Under the pieces are notes generated by a model, which saw nothing but the letters and a program-made list of their open reading frames with translations, was not told where the DNA came from and did no database searches. The translations under genes were made by a program, and so were the position numbers. From an uncultured Chloroflexia bacterium (GTDB taxonomy: Bacteria > Chloroflexota > Ktedonobacteria > Ktedonobacterales > JADMIN01), in the NCBI GenBank assembly GCA_963809385.1, contig CAWEJL010000007.1, positions 195,305-259,304 on the forward strand: DNA of 64,000 nt, given 5' to 3'. The stretch's first letter is position 1; the number at the start of each line of letters is the position of its first letter. Shown here piece by piece: positions 19,624 through 28,000 of this stretch.

Positions 19624-22027
19624 TTACTCGCGGATGCGGCGGGCGGGCAGCGGGCGCACCAGCGGCTGCTGCTGCGACTCCTCCTCCTTGCGGCGCGGGA
19701 CACGCTGGCGGACGAGGAACGATGGCGCGCGGGCCACGTCCTGCATCGGCAGGTTGATGTCCTCGCCGAAGCGGTTGTAGAAGGACAGCTCGAAGTTCGG
19801 CGTCTCGCCCAGCGCGCCGTGAGGGCAGACCTCGACGCAGTCGCCGCAGAAGATGCAGCGGTCGAGGGCGAAGTCCCAGCGCACCAGCTCGCGCTCGGCC
19901 ATCATCAGCGAGCCGGTCGGGCAGACCTGCACGCAGGCGCCGCACGAGACGCAGTCCGTCTGGTCCAGCGACATGTTGAACGGCGTCGAGACGATCGTGT
20001 CGAAGCCCTTGCCGAACATGCCGTAGCAGTTCGGGCCGATCACGTCGTGGCAGACGCGCACGCACTGCGTGCAGTTGATGCACTTGTTCGGGTCGCGCAG
20101 GATGAAGCTGTGCGACAGGTCGAACTCGTAATCGTGGTAGTCCGCTGGCTCGCCGTCGTGGAAGCGGTTGTTTTCCAGGTTGTACTCGATGCTGTACTTC
20201 TGCAGGTCGCACTGGCCGGCGGCCGGGCAGGCGCACTGGAGGCAGCGGCCCGCCTCGCGCTCGGCCTGCTCCTGCGTGTAGCCCAGCTCGATCAGGCGGA
20301 AGCTGCGCTCGCGGTCCTGGTAGGGCAGCATGGGCATCTTGACCTTCGGCTCGACCGGCTTGTACGGCACGATGTCGAACAGGTCGGGCTTGCGCTCCTC
20401 GGCCTCGATGCGCCGCGAAACCTCCGCCATGTCCTCACCGGAGAGGTAGGCGTCAATCGCGCGCGCGGCCAGCTTGCCCTGCGCCACGCCCTCGATGATC
20501 GTCGCCGCGCCAAGCTGGCAGTCGCCGCTGGCGAAGACGCCCTTGCGCGCCGTCATGAAGCTGTACGGATCAGTCTCGATGGAGGAGTACTTCGTCCACT
20601 TCACACCCGACTCCGGCGGCAGCACGGCCTTGTCCGGCTTCTGGCCGTAGGCGGGGATCACCGTGTCGCACGCGATGGTGTACTCGCTGCCGGGGATCGG
20701 CACCGGGCGGCGGCGGCCCGACGCGTCCGGCTCGCCCAGTTGCATCCGCTGGATCTCGATGCCCGTCAGCTTGTCGCCGTCGAGCACCAGCTTGGTCGCG
20801 GCGCCGAACAGCTGGAGGTCTGTGCCCTCGTTCTCGCCGTCCTCGACCTCCTCAGTCGTCGCCGTCATCTCGCCACGGCCACGGCGGTAGACCGTGTGCA
20901 CCTTGGCGCCCAGCCGCAGCGAGGTGCGGGTGCAGTCGAAGGTCGTGAAGCCGCCGCCCAGCACGACCACCTCTTTGGTGTCGTCCACCGGCACCGGCAG
21001 GCCCTGGGTCTTATCCATCAGGTAGGCGATGGCGTTGACCACGCCGGGGTTGTCCTGGCCCTCCAGCCCCAGCTCGTTCGAGGTCCACGCGCCGATCGCC
21101 AGCAGCGTGGCGTCGAAGCCCTCGCTTTTCGAGGTCGTCAATCGTGAAGTCGCGGCCCAGCTTGACGTTGTACTGCACGTCAACGCCCAGCTTCCAGACG
21201 CCCTCGAACTCTTTGTCCACCATGTCCTTGGGCAGGCGGTACTCAGGGATGCCGTAGCGCAGCATGCCGCCCGCCTGGGGCATCATGTCGAAGACCTTGA
21301 CGTAGTGGCCCTGCAGCGCCAGGTAGTAGGCGGCAGTCAGGCCGCTCGGCCCCGCGCCGACCACCGCGATGCGCTTGCCCGTCGGCGCCTCTTTGACCCA
21401 CGGCGTTGGCGGGTCTTCCATCACCTGCTCGGCGGCGAAGCCGTGCATGCGGCAGATGGCGATCTCTTCCTCCACCAGCCCGCGGCGGCAGACCGACTGG
21501 CAGGGCGCCGGGCAGGTCAGGCCGAGGATGTAGGGGAACGGCAGCACTTCCTTGACCAGGCGCGCCGCCTCGCGGTTCTGCCCCTTGGCGATCAGCTCCA
21601 GATAGCCGGGGATGTCAATGTGCGTCGGGCAGCCCATCTGGCACGGCGGCTGGCAGTAGGCGTTGTGGTCGGAGAGCATCATCTCCAGGTTGGTGCGCCG
21701 GATGCCCGTCAGCTTGTCGGACTTCGTGCGCACCACCATGCCTGGCCGCGCGGCCGTGTTGCATGAGGGCAGCGGACGGTCCGCGCCGTCAATCTCCACC
21801 AGGCACATGCGGCAGGCGGAGGTCGGCTCCAGTTTGTCGTCGTTGCAGAGGTTCGGGATATCCAGGATCCCGTTCTCCATCGCCACGCTGAGCAGGGTCT
21901 GCCCCTCATACGCTGGCATCGAGCGCCCGTCAATCGTCACCTCGAACGACGGCTGTCCGTGCTCATTGCGCTTGAAGGGCTCGCTCCCCTGCGACATCGC
22001 CGCGTCATCCCGTATGGTGACAGCCAT
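19624..22027 (-). pseudogene. 2Fe-2S ferredoxin / GltD-like NAD(P)H-FAD oxidoreductase / NuoG-like 4Fe-4S fusion protein, one frameshift as sequenced
   Basis: The N-terminus has CRMCLVEIDG...SCNT. GltD-type CQPPCQMGCP, VAVVGAGPSGLTAAYYLA and VVVLGGGFTTFD follow. The C-terminus has CINCTQCVRVC, CVSCGACVQVCP and CIFCGDCVEVCP. ORFs 21011..22027 and 19624..21183 join if one A of the AAAA run (plus strand TTTT 21126-21129) is removed, giving ...DFTIDDLESEGFDATLLAIGAW. Confidence 0.8.
19625..19665. repeat. 41-bp direct repeat, copy 2 (within the 3' end of gene 19624..22027)
   Basis: Identical to 17849-17889. Confidence 0.9.
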
Positions 22028-22131
22028 GGGTCCCCCGTCTCTAGAGCTTCGTGAACGCCAGGTATCGCCCGTCTATCTCGTGTATCTCCAATAGTATCTG
22101 GAACGAATGCGCCCCATCGCGGGGCGCGGAC

Positions 22132-22227
22132 CTCACCCCTGGCCCCTCTCCTCAGGAGCGGGGAGAACGGGGCGATGCGCTTTGCCACCCCGTTCGCCGC
22201 GCGGCCCCTCTCCTCTCAGGAGAGGGG
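22132..22227. repeat. GC-rich hairpin repeat family 2, two copies
   Basis: CTCACCCCTGGCCCCTCTCCTCAGGAGCGGGGAG lies at 22132-22165. A perfect 9-bp hairpin CCCCTCTCC-TCTCA-GGAGAGGGG lies at 22205-22227. A related copy is at 27061-27100. Confidence 0.65.
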
Positions 22228-22242
22228 GTAGGGTCCGTCCCC

Positions 22243-23563
22243 CTACAGCACATGCTTGGTCGCGTAGCGGTGCGCGCGGACTGGCTCGCAGCTTTCCGTG
22301 GGGCAGCGCCCCTCCAGGTGCGCGGCGAAGTCGTCCCGCGAAGTAGCGCCGCGCCGTCACCACCGGGTTCACCGCGCTGATGCCGAAGCCGCAGAGCGAG
22401 CCGTCCGGCACGTAGTGCGAGAACTCCTCCAGCAGCGCCAGGTCGCCCTGCGTCCCCAGCCCGCTGACGACGCCCTCCAGCGTCCCGGCGATGCGCTTCA
22501 CGCCCACTCGGCACGGCACGCACTTGCCGCAGCTTTCGCGCGCCAGGTAGCTCGACCGCTCCATCGCCCAGTGGACCATGCACGTCCCAGCGGGCAGCGC
22601 CTCGATCACCGCCGAGCCGACGATCGCGCCGGCCTCGTGCAGCGGCTCGTAGTCGAACGGCGTATTGAGCTGGGCCAGCGGCAGCGCGCCGCCCTCCATG
22701 CCGCCGACCACCACCGCGCGCGTGGTCGACTCGTTGATCTCCAGGCCCTCCGCGCGCAAGAGCTGCGCCAGCGTGACGCCGAAGGGGACCTCGACCAGCG
22801 CGCCCTCGGTCTGGCCGGGGCCGATCACCGTCACCAGCTTCATCCCGCTCGACTGCTCAGAGCCAACGACTCGGAAGGCTGGCGCGCCATGCGCGATGAT
22901 CGCCGGCAGGTTCGCCAGCGTCTCGACGTTCTGGACCAGCGTCGGCTGCGCGTAGAGCCCCACCTCGCTGGGATACGGTGGGCGCTGCTGCGCCTTCATC
23001 GGGCGGCCCTTGATGATCTCGATCATCACCGTCTCTTCGCCGCCCATGAAGCTGCGCTCGGCCCCGACGACCGTTACCGCCAGCGAGAAGCGTGAGCCGA
23101 AGAGGTCGCGTCCCAGCGCGCCCTGCTCCTGCGCCTCGCGCAGCGCCTCCTGGATGGCGGTGGCCGCCGCCTCGCGCGTCGAGCGGACGTAGAGGAACGC
23201 CTCGCTCGCGCCGACCGCGTAGGCCGCCAGCGCCAGGCCCTCCAGCGCGGCGTGCGGGTTGCGCTCCAGCAGCGCCTGCGCCGCCCGCGAGCGGGTGTCG
23301 GCGTCGTAGGCGTTGCAGACCACATAGCGCGTCTCGCCGCTCCGCGCCCCGGCGACTTCGGCCATCTTGCCAGCCGTCATCACGCCCGATCCGCCGCGAC
23401 CGCGCAGCCCGGCGTAGCGCGTCTCGGCGATCACCTCAGCGGGCGTCATCTGGGTGACGGCCTTGCGCAGCGCCTGATAGCCGCCTTGCTGGGTATACGC
23501 CGCATAGCTCGTGGGGGACTTCTGCCCATCCGCGACCAGCAGGCTCATTGTTGACTCAGGCAC
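22243..23563 (-). pseudogene. NuoF-like (51-kDa subunit family) protein, one frameshift near the 3' end as sequenced
   Basis: Motifs GLRGRGGSG, ESCGKCVPCRVG and GSLCGFG are present. After ...ARRYFA the canonical tail DDFAAHLEGRCPTESCEPVRAHRYATKHVL-stop (stop at 22243-22245) is one base out of frame. The extra base is in the GGG run (plus strand CCC 22335-22337). Confidence 0.75.
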
Positions 23564-24242
23564 GGGTCGCTCTCCTGTGATTGATCGCGCCATACTTGCC
23601 GCGCGTCGCCGCCGACGGCCCGCGCTCCATCTGGTCATCGCGCAGCGCGCCCGCCGCCACCGGCTGGGCCGGGGCGAAGCGGTCGCCCGCCGTGACGATG
23701 CCGAAGAGGTCGCTGATGTCCACGCCCCGGCGCTCGACCACCCGCCACGCCACCTGGAGCGGCATGCCGCCGTAGGCCTCCATCAGCGTGTCCAGCGTCT
23801 CCGTCAGGTCCCAGGCGTCCAGCGAGGCTTCGTCGAGGATCGCGTCGGCTCGCGTCAGGTCCACCGGCTGCTCCAGGCTGGCCTTGGTTGGCGTCTGCAC
23901 TGGCGCGGAGCGTGGCTTGTTGGGGTACTCCACCGCGTACTCGGAGACGCGCGGCGTGTAGAAGCCGGCGATGGAGGTCGCGGAGAAGTAAGGCCGGCGG
24001 CGGAAGCGGTAGGTCGGGCGCGCCTCGATGGTGATGGCGCGCGGCGGGCAGACCTTCTCGCAGAGCAGGCACGCCTCGCACTTGAGGTTGAACGGCGTGT
24101 CCTGGCTCGCTTCCTGAATCAGCTGGATCAGGCCGCGGCTGCGCTCAGGCAGGACGCGCTTCTCGTAGGGGTAGAGCCGCGTGACCTTTGGCCGGGTGAC
24201 GTGGCTCAGGGTCAGCCCCAGACCCTGCAGGATACCGCGCAT
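23556..24242 (-). CDS. NuoI-like single-cluster ferredoxin domain fused to a Cys-free NuoE-like segment
   Basis: The N-terminus reads GLGLTLSHVTRPKVTRLYPYEKRVLPERSRG...CEACLLCEKVCPPRAITIE, but there is no second CxxCxxCxxxCP motif. The C-terminus DTLMEAYGGMPLQVAWRVVERRGVDISDLFGIVTAGDRF resembles the NuoE N-terminal helices. Confidence 0.6.
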   Translation of the reverse strand: MRGILQGLGLTLSHVTRPKVTRLYPYEKRVLPERSRGLIQLIQEASQDTPFNLKCEACLLCEKVCPPRAITIEARPTYRFRRRPYFSATSIAGFYTPRVSEYAVEYPNKPRSAPVQTPTKASLEQPVDLTRADAILDEASLDAWDLTETLDTLMEAYGGMPLQVAWRVVERRGVDISDLFGIVTAGDRFAPAQPVAAGALRDDQMERGPSAATRGKYGAINHRRATRA

Positions 24243-24248
24243 GCGCCG

Positions 24249-24821
24249 CTACTCCTCACCCTTGATCTTCAGCCCCTGCTTCTCGATCTTCTCGCGCAGC
24301 TTGAGCAGCCCTTCGATCAGCGCCTCCGGGCGCGGCGGGCAGCCGGGGACGTAGACATCCACCGGCACCAGCGTATCCACGCCCTGTACGGTGTAGTAGC
24401 TGTCGTAGAACTCGCCGCCCGACGTGGCGCACTGGCCCATCGAAAGCACCCACTTGGGCTCGGCCATCTGCTCGTAGAGCCGCACCAGGCGCGAGCCCAT
24501 CTTGGTGGAGACGGTGCCGGCGACGATCATCAGGTCAGCCTGGCGCGGGCTGGCGCGGAACACTTCGGAGCCGAAGCGCGCCATGTCGTAGTGCGGCTGG
24601 CCGGCCGCCATCATCTCAATCGCGCAGCACGCCAGGCCGTAGCCCAGCGGCCAGATCGAGCGGCTGCGGGCGTAGTTCTTCGCCCAGTTGAGCATATCGG
24701 CGAGGCTGGTCAGCGCGACCGGGGCCTCCTGTTGGCCGGGGATATAGTCCGCTGGAGTGCGGGCGGTCATCGAAGTCGCCATTGGCAGGGCGACCCCGCG
24801 CCGTGAAGGATTCGTGCTCAT
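24249..24821 (-). CDS. NuoB-like (20-kDa/PSST, hydrogenase small-subunit-like) 4Fe-4S protein
   Basis: Contains [39 protein letters not shown] and [13 protein letters not shown], so all four N2-type Cys are present. Confidence 0.85.
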   Translation of the reverse strand: MSTNPSRRGVALPMATSMTARTPADYIPGQQEAPVALTSLADMLNWAKNYARSRSIWPLGYGLACCAIEMMAAGQPHYDMARFGSEVFRASPRQADLMIVAGTVSTKMGSRLVRLYEQMAEPKWVLSMGQCATSGGEFYDSYYTVQGVDTLVPVDVYVPGCPPRPEALIEGLLKLREKIEKQGLKIKGEE

Positions 24822-25059
24822 AACGTGGTTATGGTCCCTTCTGGCCCGTCACGCGGCGCCCCCGGCGGACCGTTGCGATCCGTTGCGCGGGAGACGTCCG
24901 GAGTGTGCGGAGGAAGGCGCGCATGGTCAGCGCCACCGAAGCTGATGAAGCGGGCGTAGCGGGTCAACCGCGTGCGGTCCGTCGCGCCCGTAGGGAAGCA
25001 ACCCCATCTGGCATTATAACATGGCCTCCCCACCCGCGCACGCCCGATACACCGCCTGT

Positions 25060-25351
25060 CTAGCGAGCGTCAGCGCTCCGCTGCTCGTAGATGTACGTGA
25101 TGAACTCGTCCACAGACTCATCCTCTGGCCATGCTGACGACTTGTAGGGCGCTTACATCTGTCACAGGGGAAACATGCTGCTCGCTGGCAAGTTCCTCTA
25201 GAGAGGGACTATCCCAGAACGTGGCCGAGGCGCTTGTGAGCGGCGCCAGGGAACGCGCTAACGACTGCGCCAACCCTTGAAGAATCTCGAGTTGGGACTC
25301 AGGGGGGAGCGCGCGCGCCGCTTTGAGTATTTTTTGCGCGTCTACTGACAT
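25060..25351 (-). pseudogene. putative addiction-module antitoxin-like protein, one frameshift as sequenced
   Basis: The N-terminus VDAQKILKAARALPPESQLEILQGLAQSL is followed by FWDSPSLEELASEQHVSPV. The expected tail WPEDESVDEFITYIYEQRSADAR-stop (stop 25060-25062) is in another frame starting at about 25131. Confidence 0.45.
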
Positions 25352-25497
25352 GGCGCCGCTCCTTGATCTGACTCGGCCCTGGTTGGCGCGAAATGCGCTG
25401 TGTACGTGCGCACCGGAAGTATATCAAAAAAACTTCCAGGGTGGATGGCTGGCGGCGCGCCTTCACCTGCCGCCAGCCATTCGCCGCGCTCCCAGCC

Positions 25498-27033
25498 CTA
25501 ATACGCCTTGGCGAAGACCGCCCAGGCCGTCGCGGGCTTGTCGCAGCGCACGCACGTCCCGCTCTCGGCGGTCTGGCGCTCCGAGCGGTCGAGGGGCAGG
25601 TTGCGGATCGTCGCCTGCGTCTCGGCCTTGATCGCCGCCTCGCAGGCCGCGTCGCCACACCACCAGCCCTCGACGAAGCCCAGCGCGCTCTTGTCCGCCA
25701 TCAGCGCCTTGAACGCCGCGTAGTCCGCCGCCGTGGCGGTGCGTCCCAGCCGGAAGGCCAGCGCCTGGTCGTAGAGCGTTTGCTGGATCTCCTCCAGCAG
25801 CGCGGGCACGCGGGTGGCTACGTCGTCACGCGCGACCGTTTCCTTGGCGGAGCGGTCGGTGCGGGGGACGAGCATGACATGCCCGGCGGCGGCGTCGCGG
25901 GGTCCGATCTCGATGCGCACGGGGACGCCGCGTAGCTCCCAGTGGTTGTACTTGAAGCCAGGCCGCTCCTCGCGCCAGTCGCTCTTGACGCGCACGCCCG
26001 CGCGGCGCAGCGCCGTCTCCACCTCGCCCGCCAGCGCCGCCACCGCCTCGCGCTCGGCGTCGTTGCGCCAGATGGGCACGATCACCGCCTGGATGGGCGC
26101 CACATGGGGAGGCATCCGCAGCCCGTTGGCGTCGCCGTGCGCCATGATCAGCGCGCCGATCATGCGCGTGCTGGAGCCCCAGCTGGTCGTCCAGGCGGTC
26201 TTCTGCTGCCCGTCGGCGTCCTGGAAGCTGATCTCGAAGCTGCGGGCGAAGTTCTGTCCCAGATTGTGCGACGTGCCCATCTGGAGCGCCTTGCCGTCAC
26301 CCATCATCGCCTCCAGGCTGTAGGTGCGCAGCGCCCCGGCGAACTTCTCGCTCTCCGACTTCAGCCCGGCGATGACAGGGATCGCTAGCTCTTTCTCCAT
26401 GAAGTCCTGGTAGACGTCACGCAGGATCAGCAGCGTCTCCGCCTCGGCTTCGGCCTCGTCGCGATGCACCGTATGCCCCTCCTGCCAGAGGAACTCCGTC
26501 GTGCGCAGGAAGGGTCGCGTGCGTTTCTCCCAGCGCACGACGTTGGCCCACTGGTTGTAGAGCATGGGCAGGTCGCGGTAGCTATGCACCCACTGGGCGT
26601 ACATGTACCCGATGACCGTCTCCGAGGTGGGCCGCACCACCAGAGGCTCCTCCAGCTCCTCGCCGCCTGCCTTGGTGACGAGCGCCACCTCAGGCGCGAA
26701 GCCCTCCACGTGCTCCGCCTCCTTCGCCAGGAAGCTGTAGGGGATGAAGAGTGGGAAGTACAGGTTCTCATGCCCCGTCGCCTTGATGCGGCCGTCCATC
26801 AGCCGCTGCATGTTCTCCCACAGCGCGTAGCCGTAGGGCCGGATGACCATACAGCCGCGCACAGGCGAGAGGTCGGCCAGGTCGGCCTTGTAGACCACAT
26901 CCTGATACCACTGGGCGTAATCGTCGAGGTCGGCGACGTCGCGCACCAGCTTCGCTTCGGTCTTCGTGTCGGCCTTCACCGTTGTCTTGGCGCTTGCCGC
27001 GTCGCCCTTGCCACCATTCTTCTTGTTAGCCAT
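25498..27033 (-). CDS. proS: proline--tRNA ligase (archaeal/eukaryote-like type, no insertion editing domain)
   Basis: ATG follows AGGAGG. Motifs include RPTSET, FLRTTEFLWQEGHT, GTSHNLGQNF, and a C-terminal Cys cluster ending AKAY. The longer ORF-track start at 27423 runs through the T-box leader. Confidence 0.9.
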   Translation of the reverse strand: MANKKNGGKGDAASAKTTVKADTKTEAKLVRDVADLDDYAQWYQDVVYKADLADLSPVRGCMVIRPYGYALWENMQRLMDGRIKATGHENLYFPLFIPYSFLAKEAEHVEGFAPEVALVTKAGGEELEEPLVVRPTSETVIGYMYAQWVHSYRDLPMLYNQWANVVRWEKRTRPFLRTTEFLWQEGHTVHRDEAEAEAETLLILRDVYQDFMEKELAIPVIAGLKSESEKFAGALRTYSLEAMMGDGKALQMGTSHNLGQNFARSFEISFQDADGQQKTAWTTSWGSSTRMIGALIMAHGDANGLRMPPHVAPIQAVIVPIWRNDAEREAVAALAGEVETALRRAGVRVKSDWREERPGFKYNHWELRGVPVRIEIGPRDAAAGHVMLVPRTDRSAKETVARDDVATRVPALLEEIQQTLYDQALAFRLGRTATAADYAAFKALMADKSALGFVEGWWCGDAACEAAIKAETQATIRNLPLDRSERQTAESGTCVRCDKPATAWAVFAKAY

Positions 27034-27060
27034 GCGCTCCTCCTGTTTCTGGCGCCGGGC

Positions 27061-27100
27061 CTCACCCCCTGCCCCCTCTCCTCTGCGGAGGCGAGGGGTG
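27061..27100. repeat. GC-rich hairpin repeat family 2 copy
   Basis: CTCACCCCCTGCCCCCTCTCCTCTGCGGAGGCGAGGGGTG lies between the T-box terminator and the proS ribosome-binding site. Confidence 0.6.
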
Positions 27101-27184
27101 TGATGCGGGCGGGGCGTCGTAGCCCGGCGGTGTGTGTTGTGCGCGCTCTTCGAAGGCGCGCTGCTTCCTGGCGGATGGATGAGC

Positions 27185-27470
27185 GCATACAAAAACGCCC
27201 GCCCTCGCGCCATCTGTGACGCTGTGAGGGCGGGCGTCTCAACCCGCGGTGCCACCTCAATTTGGGCGCTTGCGTGATCGCCTGCTGGCGTCTCACACGT
27301 TTCCGCGCCCCTCTGCCCGCACGAACCCGTTTTGCCGGGATGATGCGGCGCCCCATGGTAACGGGAGGCGTCCGGCGACCTTCGGCCCCGCGCGCTGGCG
27401 CTGGGGCATCGGTCGCGGCTCACGGGCCGGTTTCAGCCGCGCCCGCTCACGCCGGCTTGCACTCTCCCGG
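27185..27470 (-). promoter_or_regulatory. T-box riboswitch leader upstream of proS
   Basis: The T-box sequence AAATTGAGGTGGCACCGCGGG (plus strand 27243-27263) directly abuts and overlaps the 5' arm of the terminator. Upstream there is a GGGAGAGTG element and a UGAAACCGGCC candidate specifier loop. Confidence 0.75.
27191..27237 (-). terminator. intrinsic terminator of the proS T-box leader
   Basis: Minus strand reads ACGCCCGCCCTC-(19 nt)-GAGGGCGGGCGT followed by TTTTTG. Confidence 0.8.
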
Positions 27471-28000
27471 CTCGCTGTAGTGGCGGCGTCTGGCTTACTC
27501 TTCCCGATCTGCGCTCGATATGGCCGTAGTGTAGCCCGCCAGTTGGGCGAGCGTCAAGCCTGTTTATCCCCGCCGTCGCCTGTCTCGCCCTAGCCGAAGA
27601 GCGCCGGCTGCCGCTCCCGCTGGGTTTCGCGCGCGATGCGCTCCCGCACGGCGCGTTCGACTTGCTGGATGGATTGCGTGGGCGGCCACCTGCGCTGTTT
27701 CTTCTGGCGCGCTCTGTCCGTCCTGCTCGCCATTGCTACCGCTCATGTCCGCATGCCACTTTTCCACTTCCACCTGATTCAATGGCTGGCTCTTCATATG
27801 CGGTCATATGCGGTATAGAACAAAGATGCCATAGGAGGGCAAGAGGATGACGCCAGTCGCGCGTTTCTCCGCGCTGGCGTCTCAGGAAGCGGCGCCAGAG
27901 GTGCTACGGATGACCTTGGAGCACCCAATGCGCTCACCGCGCGGCGCCGCTGGTGGCGCTTCTGGCGGGGTGAGCGCGCCGCGATGAGAGGGCCTCGCCG

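Noticed and set aside
21126-21129. Programmed ribosomal frameshifting at this and the other frame junctions
   Set aside because: No shared slippery heptamer or downstream structure is visible. Both +1 and -1 directions occur. Ten unrelated genes are affected, so error or mutation is the simpler explanation.
24822-25059. Riboswitch or promoter in the leader of the NuoB-like operon (perfect TATAAT on the minus strand at 25013-25018)
   Set aside because: No -35 element is present at proper spacing, and no known riboswitch core motif could be recognised.
27590-27797. Small minus-strand ORFs (77-aa listed ORF, and a 51-aa alternative frame ending ...IQQVERAVRERIARETQRERQPALFG)
   Set aside because: No ribosome-binding site is present. 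The two frames would need yet another frameshift to join, and no family is recognised.
27847-27987. 46-codon ORF with a good AGGAGG site upstream of the histidine kinase
   Set aside because: The product is low-complexity and Gly/Ala/Arg-rich with no motif. It cannot be distinguished from chance in GC-rich DNA.
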